In this document: positions 9,765 through 18,548 of the stretch, piece after piece | How positions within the stretch are numbered: the stretch's first letter is position 1 | Layout: the number at the start of each line of letters is the position of its first letter | Assembly: GCA_050329935.1 (NCBI GenBank) | Contig: JBHJOI010000067.1 | Span: 13,359-77,358, forward strand | Length of the DNA stretch: 64,000 nucleotides | Reading direction: 5' to 3' | DNA from: Thiotrichales bacterium | GTDB taxonomy: Bacteria; Pseudomonadota; Gammaproteobacteria; UWMA-0217 | Made by a program: the position numbers and the translations under genes | Notes under the pieces: model-generated | Seen by the model: only the letters and a program-made list of their open reading frames with translations | Told to the model about the DNA's origin: nothing | Database searches by the model: none

Positions 9765-10055
9765 TTAGCCGCAGCCGCAACCTGAGCTTTGTTTCGCGTG
9801 CTTGTCGCCGCCCTCGCCGGCCTCATTGCCTTGGCCGCCGCCGCTTTGGCCCTGACCCTGACCGCCGAGCTGCGATAGCAGTGCCTGTAATAGTTGCATG
9901 ATCTGCTGAAGAATCTGCGACATGTCGCCGCCGCCCGCCTTATTCGCGAACTCGCTGGCGCTATTCTGGGATGCGGATGAGCTCTGCGGTGCGTTGCCGC
10001 CGACATTCCCGATTTGGCTGGCTGAATTGCCAGCGCCTTGAATACCTTGAATCAT
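9765..10055 (-). CDS. Gly/Gln/Ser-rich low-complexity small protein (96 aa) with a central helical motif MSQILQQIMQLLQALLSQL and a C-terminal CGCG
   Basis: Good RBS (CAGGAG) and a sigma-70-like promoter (ATGACG-16-TAAAAT) upstream. Composition resembles harpin/Hpa1-like proteins; no homology established. Confidence 0.55.
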   Translation of the reverse strand: MIQGIQGAGNSASQIGNVGGNAPQSSSASQNSASEFANKAGGGDMSQILQQIMQLLQALLSQLGGQGQGQSGGGQGNEAGEGGDKHAKQSSGCGCG

Positions 10056-10197
10056 TGGGAAACTCCTGAGTAAACGATTAATTTTAGAATCCCAGCCGGA
10101 TCGTCATCGTCTTGGGCCGGTTCGCGTCAAATGCCGCGATCAACGACGCACACCCAAACGGCGGTGTGGCGTCTCACCTTGTCTCCTTGAGTCGAAC

Positions 10198-10212
10198 CTA
10201 AACATTGTTTAG
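10198..10212. promoter_or_regulatory. Perfect palindrome CTAAACA-T-TGTTTAG about 145 bp upstream of the Gly-rich ORF
   Basis: 7-bp arms with a 1-bp spacer in an intergenic region. Candidate dimeric regulator operator. Confidence 0.3.
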
Positions 10213-10387
10213 ATGTGGTAAGCGTAGCCCAGCAGGTAGTGTCGCGAAATAGAACGTTTGGCCTAGGTGTGACGCGGATGGCGTTGCCGATAGCGTCCGA
10301 GCGGCGCGGGCGCGGTTCGCCGCGAACATGGTCGCGATGGCGTGCGCGGGGCGTGTTGATTGTCGCGGCGGCGTGACTCGCTTCAGG

Positions 10388-11683
10388 TCACTCCATCATG
10401 TCGTCGATGACGTTTTTGAACCAGCTATGGGCGTAGCTGACTTCGCGTTTGCGTTGCGCCGGACTGGCATTGATCGGTGACAGGCCGCCCGCGCCGGCGA
10501 TCGGTTCAATTGAGTTGTTGGCACTGTCCAGGGCGTAGACGTCGGCGACGGAGATGCCGAACTCCTCGCCGAGGATGCTATAGCAGGTGTTGACGAAGGT
10601 CGGTTCGCCGGGTTCGACGCCGTTGAATCGGTTGACGATGGCTGCGGCGGCAACCTTGGCTTGGGAGTTAGCGGCGTAGGCGGATTTGGGCATCTTGGCG
10701 GCATTGGAGGCGTCGCCGAGCACGTAGATGTCCTTGTGCCGGCTCGACTCGAATGTCCGCTTGTCGACCGGACACCAGTCGCCGTCGGCAAGGTCGGCGG
10801 CATAGGCAATTTGGCCGGCCTTTTGCGGCGGAATGATGTTGATCACGTCGCCCTTGAATTGTTCGACCTCGGCTTGCACCGTGCGCGAGCTGGGGTCCAG
10901 CGCCTCGACCTTACCGCCGGCCGCGGCGCCTACCCACTCGATCATGGCGTTGGCACCGCCGTAGCCGTAGAGCTGGGTCCAACCTTGGGTGAACAGGCCT
11001 TGCTTGGAGAAGCTGTCCTTCGGGTCGAGGATGATGATTTTTGCCCGTGGTTTATGGTGCTTGCAGTACATGGCGATCTGTGCCGCGCGCTCGTAGGGAC
11101 CGGGCGGGCATTTATACGGGTTGGGCGGCGCGACCAGGATGACCGTGCCGCCCTCCGGCATCGCCTCGATTTGTCGTTTGAGGGTCGTGGTTTGCGGGCC
11201 GGCAAACCAGGCGTGCGGAATGGTCTCGGCGACCGCTTCGCTATAGCCGTCGATGGCGCTCCATTTGAAGTCGACCCCGGGTGATACAACGCACGCGTCG
11301 TAGTCGAATTGCAGCCCACCCGCGGTGCGGACGATTTTCTTGCCGGGATCGATCGCGTCCACGCGCTCGATGACGATATTGACGCCGTGGCGTTTCAGGC
11401 TGTCGTAGCCGAAGGTGAGCGATTCAATGGTGCGATCGCCGCTGAGCACCTCGTTGCTCATGAAGCAGGAGGTATAGCGGTCGTGGGTCTCGATCAGCGT
11501 GACCTCGATCCGAGGGTCCAGCTTGCGGAGGTATTTCGCGGCGGTGCAGCCTCCGACGCCGCCACCCACGACGACCACCTTGCGCGTCGCGGCCAACAGC
11601 AGGCCCGGAAATCCGAGCAAACCGCCGGCGACCGTGGCCCCGCCGACGATACGGATGAAATCTCTTCGTTTGATGGCGCTCAT
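10388..11683 (-). CDS. fccB: Flavocytochrome c sulfide dehydrogenase, flavoprotein subunit FccB (Tat signal RRDFIR; FAD-binding VVVVGGGVGG)
   Basis: Twin-arginine signal, a Rossmann GGGxGG motif, and size and context with the diheme cytochrome gene upstream. Confidence 0.85.
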   Translation of the reverse strand: MSAIKRRDFIRIVGGATVAGGLLGFPGLLLAATRKVVVVGGGVGGCTAAKYLRKLDPRIEVTLIETHDRYTSCFMSNEVLSGDRTIESLTFGYDSLKRHGVNIVIERVDAIDPGKKIVRTAGGLQFDYDACVVSPGVDFKWSAIDGYSEAVAETIPHAWFAGPQTTTLKRQIEAMPEGGTVILVAPPNPYKCPPGPYERAAQIAMYCKHHKPRAKIIILDPKDSFSKQGLFTQGWTQLYGYGGANAMIEWVGAAAGGKVEALDPSSRTVQAEVEQFKGDVINIIPPQKAGQIAYAADLADGDWCPVDKRTFESSRHKDIYVLGDASNAAKMPKSAYAANSQAKVAAAAIVNRFNGVEPGEPTFVNTCYSILGEEFGISVADVYALDSANNSIEPIAGAGGLSPINASPAQRKREVSYAHSWFKNVIDDMME

Positions 11684-11702
11684 GGTGGTTCTCTGCCGAG
11701 GT

Positions 11703-12275
11703 TCAGTGCTGGCTGCCGTAATAGTGAATCAGCGCGGGCAAGGCTTGCGGGCCCTGCTCCGCGATCGCGGCGTCGACCTTGCGCTTCATCTTGCGCGGCC
11801 ACGCTCGATGTCCAGCGATAAAGTCGCTCATCGCGAAATCGAGATAAGGCATCCATTGTCCGGCGAGGGTTCCGGCGTCGCCGGCCTTGCCGCCTAGCTC
11901 GTGGCACTTTTCGCAATGCGCGTCGTGGAGCGATTTGCCCAGCGCAACCAGCGTGGGGTCCACGTCTTGCGATTGAGTGCGCAAGGGTTGCTTGAAGAAG
12001 AACAGGGCCATGCCACGAATTTGTTCGTCGCTGTAGCCCTTGGCGATGCGGTTCATGATCGTTGGGTTGCGGTGGTCCTTCTTGTAATCGAGCATCGCGT
12101 CGATAAACACGTCGGGATCCATGCCGGCGATCGACGGACTCGATGGCCCGACGCTGGAGCCGTCGGTGCCGTGACAACCCGCGCAAGTGAAGGCCAGCGC
12201 CTCGGGCGTGGGTCCGCCCGCGAGCGGCGCCGTGAACGGCAGGGCTAGCAAGGCGAGCAAAATGGTCGATCGCAT
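11703..12275 (-). CDS. fccA: Flavocytochrome c diheme cytochrome subunit FccA (two CxxCH; signal peptide from MRSTILLALLALP)
   Basis: CAGCH and CEKCH motifs. The start is placed at the Met with a GAGGGAG RBS; the listed longer ORF has an Arg-rich implausible N-terminus. Confidence 0.75.
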   Translation of the reverse strand: MRSTILLALLALPFTAPLAGGPTPEALAFTCAGCHGTDGSSVGPSSPSIAGMDPDVFIDAMLDYKKDHRNPTIMNRIAKGYSDEQIRGMALFFFKQPLRTQSQDVDPTLVALGKSLHDAHCEKCHELGGKAGDAGTLAGQWMPYLDFAMSDFIAGHRAWPRKMKRKVDAAIAEQGPQALPALIHYYGSQH

Positions 12276-12364
12276 GGACGTGATTCTCCCTCGGTTGGGG
12301 CGTGCGAGTCGTGTAACGCCTGACGCGTCCACGACCTGCTGTGTGTAACCGCTGTTCAACTTAA

Positions 12365-14362
12365 TCAATGCGGCATGCTGACGTAGCCGATGACCACGAG
12401 CGTCAGCAGCCCTAGACCGGCCATGATCAAAATTATGGCCAGCCATCGCGAGCCTGTTTCCATCGCCGCGGATGGCCGTTTCATCAGGTACTTCTCCAAC
12501 TTGCCATTGGCTTTCAGGCGCTCGTATTCGAGGCGATGTTCGAATTTGAACTCCTCGAGCGGCACCGCGCCGGTGAACATGATCGTGCTCATCGGGAAGC
12601 GGTCGGGGCGGAAGTGTGAGTTGAAGAAGTGCACCGTGAACAGGAACATCGTCGCCAGCAGGGCCTCCTCGGCGTGCACGATGGTCGCGATGTTGAACAC
12701 CCAGCCCGGCAGGAACGAGGCCGTCACGTGCGGGAAAAACAGCAACAGGCCGCTGAATCCGATCACAGCAGCGCCCCAGAATGGCGCCCAGTAATCGAAT
12801 TTCTGCCAGTAGGAATAGCGGTCGAATTGGGGCCGTTCGGCGCGACCAAAGAACCAGCGGAACATCGCCGCGACGTCACGCAGGTCTTGCAGGTTCGGCA
12901 CCATCGACGTCGGGCCGAACCACGAGAAGGTCTTGCGGTTGCGCCAGATGTTGGTGACGGCGATCGCGAGGTGGATCAAGAACACGCTAAGCCAGATGGT
13001 CGCCGCGGTGCGGTGCACGATCGCCTCGACCTTGGGTCCGCCGAGTAGCGACATCACGGTCGCGGCCCACGCGGTGTGCGAGAACAGTAACGTGGTGCCG
13101 CTGATCACAAGAATCATGGTGCTGACGGCGAACAGCAGGTGAATCCAGCGCCAGGTCGCACTGAAACGCCGGAAGTACACGGTGTCGTCACCTGGTGCGG
13201 GGTGGGCGAAACTCTTGCCTGCCTTGCGATCCCGGTACTCGCGGTAAAACCACAGGATCACGTGAATCCAGAAGAACGCCAGGATGCCGTAGATCAACGC
13301 CTCCATCAAACGGGCAGCGATCCACAGTCCCGGATACTTGTCGAAATCGCGCGAATCGCCGTGCGCATGGAAACCCAGGAATCCCTCCGGGGCGTCCTCA
13401 TGGCAGGTGTTGCAGGTCTTCAACCGGTTGTCGAGGTGAATGGTTGAGGCTGGATCGTCGACCCCGAGAATCTTATGTCCGCCGTGGCAGTCGAAACACT
13501 TGGCCGTATTGGTGTAACCCAGCTTGTTAACCTGGCCGTGATACGACGAGCGGTAGGTGCGCTGCGCGTCCTCGTGGCAGTTGCCGCAGTTCTGGGTAAT
13601 GGTGAGCATTACCCTGTCACCCTTGGGCGAGTCAATTTCGTGCGTGGTGTGGCAATCCGAGCATACCGCCGATTTACTTTCACCTTTCTCCAGCAAGGCC
13701 TTGCCGTGATCGGATTCGCGGTAGTCCGCGAGTTGCTTTTCGTGGCAGCGACCGCAGACCTCGGGGTTTTTCAAGCGGTGTTCGGCGCGTTGCAGGCTAC
13801 CCAAGGTGCCGACGTTGTGGGCATCGTGGCAGTCGAAGCAGGTGGCATTGGTGCGTGACTGATCGCGCTTGCTCGGCTGAGCGTGCACCGAGCGCATGAA
13901 ACTGTCGATTTGTTGCACCACCACACCCAATCGTTCATGGGTGCCGTTCGGGTCGTCCTTATGCTCGGCCCAGGTGTTTTGGTGGCATTCGACGCAGCCG
14001 ACGACCACGCTCGGTGCATCGCGGTGCGGCACGCGGGTGATTGTGGCATGACAATCCGTGCAGCGCCGTTCGCCATGCACGCTCGCCTCGAACACGTTAG
14101 GGGGTACGAATATGTCGACCGTGCTGCCGTCGTCGCGCACGTCGGTTTTATCGTGCTCGTCGCCGTGACATTTCAGGCAGCGGGCGTTGGGAATGATGCG
14201 TTGACCGGTCGCGAGATCGAACGTGGAGGCGGATTTTCCGCTGTCCACGACGTTTGGACTGGCGTTGCCGTGAACGGATGGGAGACTAAATAGGCCGATC
14301 GCTAGCGCCAAGAGCCAGACGAAGGTATTAGGCGCGATTTTCAGCATTGTTGTTGTCCCCAC
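12365..14362 (-). CDS. Multiheme cytochrome c (9 CxxCH motifs) fused to a C-terminal multi-TM His-rich cytochrome b-like membrane domain; 665 aa
   Basis: Motifs CLKCH, CTDCH, CVECH, CFDCH, CGRCH, CSDCH, CGNCH, CFDCH, CNTCH, then at least 5 predicted TM helices with conserved His. Confidence 0.8.
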   Translation of the reverse strand: MGTTTMLKIAPNTFVWLLALAIGLFSLPSVHGNASPNVVDSGKSASTFDLATGQRIIPNARCLKCHGDEHDKTDVRDDGSTVDIFVPPNVFEASVHGERRCTDCHATITRVPHRDAPSVVVGCVECHQNTWAEHKDDPNGTHERLGVVVQQIDSFMRSVHAQPSKRDQSRTNATCFDCHDAHNVGTLGSLQRAEHRLKNPEVCGRCHEKQLADYRESDHGKALLEKGESKSAVCSDCHTTHEIDSPKGDRVMLTITQNCGNCHEDAQRTYRSSYHGQVNKLGYTNTAKCFDCHGGHKILGVDDPASTIHLDNRLKTCNTCHEDAPEGFLGFHAHGDSRDFDKYPGLWIAARLMEALIYGILAFFWIHVILWFYREYRDRKAGKSFAHPAPGDDTVYFRRFSATWRWIHLLFAVSTMILVISGTTLLFSHTAWAATVMSLLGGPKVEAIVHRTAATIWLSVFLIHLAIAVTNIWRNRKTFSWFGPTSMVPNLQDLRDVAAMFRWFFGRAERPQFDRYSYWQKFDYWAPFWGAAVIGFSGLLLFFPHVTASFLPGWVFNIATIVHAEEALLATMFLFTVHFFNSHFRPDRFPMSTIMFTGAVPLEEFKFEHRLEYERLKANGKLEKYLMKRPSAAMETGSRWLAIILIMAGLGLLTLVVIGYVSMPH

Positions 14363-14660
14363 GGGCGTTTCGCCTAATGGAAAGTGGTCAGGGTAAATTC
14401 ATTAGTATATCTATGGTATTCCACGGTTAAAGTCAAACAAAAAGCGAACCTAACTGCGTGATTATTCGATTTTGGCGTCGCCTCGATTTTTGAAGTTCAT
14501 TGCCGTGAACGGGCCGTTCTCGCGAGGGTTAACTGCTTTCTCAAGGAAAGAATATCGAGCTGTTTATCGCGTGGCGCGCGCAACGTCGGAGAGCGTTGGG
14601 TAGTGGACGAGCGGCGTGTATGGGTACGCTGAGTGGCATGACCCTCGCGTTGACAGCGGA

Positions 14661-14689
14661 TTGACTATATTAGTAGATGATTATATACT
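14661..14689 (+). promoter_or_regulatory. Near-consensus sigma-70 promoter TTGACT-17bp-TATACT on the plus strand
   Basis: -35 TTGACT at 14661-14666, a 17-bp spacer, and -10 TATACT at 14684-14689, inside an AT-rich gap. An inverted repeat TATTAGTA-N10-TACTAATA (14669-14694) overlaps it. Confidence 0.45.
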
Positions 14690-14734
14690 AATAATATCGA
14701 AATACATCGCGTCTCCCCTGAACCGGAGGAAACT

Positions 14735-14884
14735 ATGAGCTGGTTGGTCTGGGCTATTATTTTACTCGCGGGATTGGTCTCCACGCTGTCGGGGTTCACG
14801 ATTCTTGGCATCATCATTCTGGTGATCGGGCAAGCCACTTATCTGGCGTATCGCAAGTTTCGCACCCCAAGATTAAATCCTTAG
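14735..14884 (+). CDS. Unlisted small hydrophobic ORF, 49 aa (MSWLVWAIILLAGLVSTLSGFTILGIIILVIGQATYLAYRKFRTPRLNP), two predicted TM helices
   Basis: Perfect RBS GGAGGA 5 nt before the ATG, about 45 nt downstream of the strong promoter. It is below the 60-aa track cutoff. Confidence 0.4.
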   Translation: MSWLVWAIILLAGLVSTLSGFTILGIIILVIGQATYLAYRKFRTPRLNP

Positions 14885-15106
14885 CGGCACAGGGTGCGGG
14901 AGCGTATCTAGACGCCGCGCACTCATACCTTGTCATCAACAGCGGCGACACAGGCGAATAAGCGGACGCAACGAACATCGCTCGGCGGGGTTCCGAAGTA
15001 ATGATCAACGTTGAATGCGCGTTCAGCTTCGGCCGTGGCCGACAAATCCTCGCCTGAAAGCAATGCGGAACCTAAAACCCCGATACCAATAGCCAGCTTT
15101 CGCGCG

Positions 15107-16126
15107 TCAGTGACGTGTCGTCTGTGCCCGCGAAAGCCTTAGGGTTGCCCGCAGACCGCGCTCCGATCGATTGCTTACCTGAAGTTCGCCGCCGTGCAAT
15201 ATCGCGATGTCCTTTACGATGGCCAGCCCGAGGCCGCTACCACCGGTGGCACGGTTGCGCGAGGCATCGACGCGGTACCAGGCGTCGGTGACGCGGGTCA
15301 GTTCTTGCTCGGGTATGCCGGGCCCATCGTCTTCAACCGTGATGCTCAGTCCCAACTTGTCGTCGTCAATCCGAATGATCACGTTTTCGCCGTACTTCAG
15401 GCCGTTGTCGAGCAGGTTGGCGAGAGCGCGCTTGAGCGCGGTGAGTCGCCCTGTGTAGGGGCCGATCGCGCGTCCGGCAACGCGGACCGAACGCCCGATG
15501 AGTTCGGCATCCGCCGCAAGGCTACGCACTAGCGCGTTCATGTCGATGGCGCGGCGCGGCTCGGTCTCGCGCAGATCGCGCAGGTAGTCGAGGGTTGCGT
15601 TGAGCATGGCGTGCATGTCGTCGACATCCGCGACGATCTGGTGACGCAGGCTGTCATCGGTGACCAGTTCGGCTCGCAATCGCAGGCGGGTCAACGGGGT
15701 TCGCAAGTCGTGGGAGACGGCGGCGAGCGCGCGGCCGCGTTCGGCGATCAAGCGCTGCAGGCGCAGCTGCATGCGATTGAAGGCCGCGGCGGCGCTACGA
15801 ACCTCGGTCGGTCCCTGCTCGGGCATCGGAGGTGATTCAATGTCACGACCGAAGGCGTCGGCCGCCGCCGCGAGATTTTGTAGTGGTCGGGTTATCAGGC
15901 GCACTGCGACCAGCGACACAACGATCACCGCCGTCAGCGTCAACGCCAGGTGAATGCCGAACCGGGTCGGCAGATCGGGAAAATGGCCGTGCGCTTGTTG
16001 GATCAGCGTCGCGCGCTCGGCCAGATGCAGCCACAGGTTGATGAACTGAGAGGCGAGCAGACCGGTGACGAGGATCAGCGTCATCCGGCCAAACAGCGAG
16101 ACGGGAAGTAGGCGCGGCGAACGCAT
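15107..16126 (-). CDS. Sensor histidine kinase (2 TM, HAMP, HisKA with AVSHDLRTPL, HATPase_c), EnvZ-like
   Basis: H-box AVSHDLRTPLTRL plus N, G1 (DDGPGI) and G2 (GGSGLGL) boxes. Confidence 0.85.
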   Translation of the reverse strand: MRSPRLLPVSLFGRMTLILVTGLLASQFINLWLHLAERATLIQQAHGHFPDLPTRFGIHLALTLTAVIVVSLVAVRLITRPLQNLAAAADAFGRDIESPPMPEQGPTEVRSAAAAFNRMQLRLQRLIAERGRALAAVSHDLRTPLTRLRLRAELVTDDSLRHQIVADVDDMHAMLNATLDYLRDLRETEPRRAIDMNALVRSLAADAELIGRSVRVAGRAIGPYTGRLTALKRALANLLDNGLKYGENVIIRIDDDKLGLSITVEDDGPGIPEQELTRVTDAWYRVDASRNRATGGSGLGLAIVKDIAILHGGELQVSNRSERGLRATLRLSRAQTTRH

Positions 16127-16129
16127 GGG

Positions 16130-16867
16130 CTAGTCTCCGGTGGGGTGGGACTGTCCGGTAACCTCGGCGGCCAGCACGTAGCCCTTGCCGCGTATGGTCC
16201 GAATCAGCCGCGGTTCGCGATGATCGTCGCCCAGCCGCTGGCGTAACCGGCTCATCTGCACGTCGATGGCGCGATCGAACGGTTCCGCTTCGCGGCCGTG
16301 GATCAGTTCCATCAATTGATCGCGACTGAGTACCCGATTCGAATGTTCGAGTAGCACGCGCAGTAAATGATACTCCGCGCCGGACAGCGGCACGACGACG
16401 CCATCGGGGTTGGCCAGGGTGCGGGTCGCGGTGTCGAGTCGCCAGCCGGCGAAAACCAGGCAGCGCCGGGGCTCCGGGCGCAGATTGGGCGGCAAGGCGC
16501 GAGTGCGGCGCAGGATCGACTTGATGCGTGCCAGCAGTTCGCGCGGGTTGAAGGGCTTGACGAGGTAGTCGTCGGCGCCCATTTCGATGCCGACGATGCG
16601 GTCGGTGTCCTCGCCGCGCGCGGTCAGCATCAACACCGGTAACGACGACTTGGCGCGCAGGTCGCGACAGAGAATAAGTCCATCCGTATCCGGCAGCATC
16701 AGGTCAAGCACCACCAGATCGAACTCTTGGCGCTCAAGCGTGTGCCACATGTCGCGGCCGTCGCTCGCCGCGCTGGCGGCGAAGCCGTTGCGCGCCAGAT
16801 AGTCAACGAGTAAGCGACGGATTTCGGGATCGTCGTCGACGATGAGGATGCGGTCAGAAGATTCCAT
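16130..16867 (-). CDS. OmpR-family response regulator (REC + winged-helix), start at MESSDRILIVDDD
   Basis: Receiver motifs DDD, D (VLDLMLPDTDG) and K. C-terminal OmpR/PhoB-type wHTH (RGKGYVL). Confidence 0.85.
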   Translation of the reverse strand: MESSDRILIVDDDPEIRRLLVDYLARNGFAASAASDGRDMWHTLERQEFDLVVLDLMLPDTDGLILCRDLRAKSSLPVLMLTARGEDTDRIVGIEMGADDYLVKPFNPRELLARIKSILRRTRALPPNLRPEPRRCLVFAGWRLDTATRTLANPDGVVVPLSGAEYHLLRVLLEHSNRVLSRDQLMELIHGREAEPFDRAIDVQMSRLRQRLGDDHREPRLIRTIRGKGYVLAAEVTGQSHPTGD

Positions 16868-17042
16868 ACCGTTTTTATACCTGCCACACGGGTGCGTGAC
16901 CAACCCCCGAGGGATTGATTTGTAACCTAGCGTAACAAACCGGCCGTCTGCAACACTACGATGCAATTTCACGGCGGACGGTGATGCAAACAAGGCGGCT
17001 AACGGCTGAAATGCAGGGCACTGCTACCACGAGAGGTTGTGC

Positions 17043-17783
17043 ATGAACGTGATATTTGGCTTTGGTGAACGGGTGGAGGGCTACGACGTGCCCGTGCTCA
17101 ACGAACGCGAGGTTCGCGCGAGCGCCGGCATTCTGTTTTTTTTCGCGATGCTTTCTTTCTTGAACGCATGGCTGGTGGGTGACTTTCGTCCGACGCGGGT
17201 CTTCGTGGTGGCTTTCTTGATCGATTTCATCATTCGCGTTTTCGTCAATCCGCGTTTCGCGCCGACCATGATTCTAGGGCGATTTGTGGTCAGCAAGCAG
17301 GTACCCGAATATGTCGGCGCGCGACAGAAGCGCTTTGCCTGGGGCATCGCGCTAGCCCTGGCGGTCGCGATGTTTTACCTGGTGGTGCTCAATCGAATGG
17401 TCGGGCCGATCAATTTGTTGATCTGCGCGAGCTGTTTGCTGTTGCTGTTCTTCGAAGCGGCGTTTGGTATTTGTCTGGCATGCAAGATCCACGGCTGGTT
17501 TTTCAAGGATAAGACGCGGCTGTGCCCCGGCGGGACGTGCGAACTGCTGGAGCGGGCGCCAATTCAACGCATCGATGTCGCCCAGGTCGGGGTTGTCGCC
17601 GCGTTCCTGTTGACCATGGGACTGGTCATCCAGAATTTCGCGCCCCCACACGCCGATGCAGTACCGCTGTCGACTTCGACGCCACCGGTTGAGCCAGGCG
17701 CGGACGGCGAATGCACGCCGCCCGATTGGGTCGTCGCGATGGGACATGCCGAAAAATGGAAACTGCACCATAATTGCAAATGA
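17043..17783 (+). CDS. DUF4395-family membrane protein
   Basis: Polytopic hydrophobic protein with an FGxCxAC motif, recalled as DUF4395-like. Identity by memory only. Confidence 0.55.
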   Translation: MNVIFGFGERVEGYDVPVLNEREVRASAGILFFFAMLSFLNAWLVGDFRPTRVFVVAFLIDFIIRVFVNPRFAPTMILGRFVVSKQVPEYVGARQKRFAWGIALALAVAMFYLVVLNRMVGPINLLICASCLLLLFFEAAFGICLACKIHGWFFKDKTRLCPGGTCELLERAPIQRIDVAQVGVVAAFLLTMGLVIQNFAPPHADAVPLSTSTPPVEPGADGECTPPDWVVAMGHAEKWKLHHNCK

Positions 17784-17843
17784 GCCCGCGTGAGTCGGCG
17801 TCAGTTCAACGCGCATGCGCCAACCGGAGTGAATAAGTCCGCC

Positions 17844-18548
17844 ATGAGTCTGATTCAAGCCGAAAATCTCTCGAAGACCTATCGAAGTGGCGAGGTCGAG
17901 GTGGCCGCGATCAAAGCCGCGAGCTTTACCGTCGAGCCGTCGTCGCTCGTTGCCTTTGTCGGACCCTCGGGCAGCGGCAAGAGCACGTTGTTGAACATGA
18001 TGGGCTGTCTCGATCATCCCACCGGCGGCCGGCTTCGGGTTCTCGATACCGACATTGCCACACTCGACCGCCGCGCCTCGGCGAGTTTCCGTGGCCAGCA
18101 TATCGGATTCATCTTTCAAGACTTCAACCTGATACCGGTACTGACGGTCGCGGAGAACATCGAGTATCCGCTATTGATGGTGCAGTCATGGCCGCACGCG
18201 GAGCGCCGGGAGCGGGTGCGGCATTTATTGGCGGCGGTGGGCATGGCCGAGCAGGCGGACAAACGCCCGGACCAGATTTCCGGCGGCCAAAAACAACGCG
18301 TCGCGGTCGCGCGGGCGCTGGTTAGTCGGCCCAAGCTGGTGTTGGCGGACGAACCGACCGCCAATCTTGACCACGCGACGGCGTATCGAATTCTTGAGTT
18401 GATGAAAAAGATGCGCGACGAGTTCGGCACCACGTTTGTTTTCTCCACGCATGATCCGAAAATCATGCATGCCGCGGAAGTCACGTTCACGCTGGAGGAC
18501 GGTCGGGTGCTCGAGGGCACCGCGGTCGCGGGAGTAGATCATGTTTAA
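17844..18548 (+). CDS. ABC transporter ATP-binding protein (LolD/MacB-type)
   Basis: Walker A GPSGSGKST, Q-loop, signature ISGGQKQRVAVARAL, Walker B LVLADEPT, H-loop. Confidence 0.85.
   Translation: MSLIQAENLSKTYRSGEVEVAAIKAASFTVEPSSLVAFVGPSGSGKSTLLNMMGCLDHPTGGRLRVLDTDIATLDRRASASFRGQHIGFIFQDFNLIPVLTVAENIEYPLLMVQSWPHAERRERVRHLLAAVGMAEQADKRPDQISGGQKQRVAVARALVSRPKLVLADEPTANLDHATAYRILELMKKMRDEFGTTFVFSTHDPKIMHAAEVTFTLEDGRVLEGTAVAGVDHV

Noticed and set aside
9221-10006. 261-aa and 125-aa minus-strand ORFs overlapping the pirin gene and intergenic DNA
   Set aside because: Arg/Ala-rich, no RBS, and they overlap a well-supported pirin CDS.
9765-10055. Calling the Gly/Gln-rich ORF a harpin (HrpN/Hpa1) or FlgM
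   Set aside because: There is only compositional and single-helix resemblance. No T3SS genes are in the window and there is no FlgM C-terminal sigma-28-binding motif. It is kept as an unnamed low-complexity protein.
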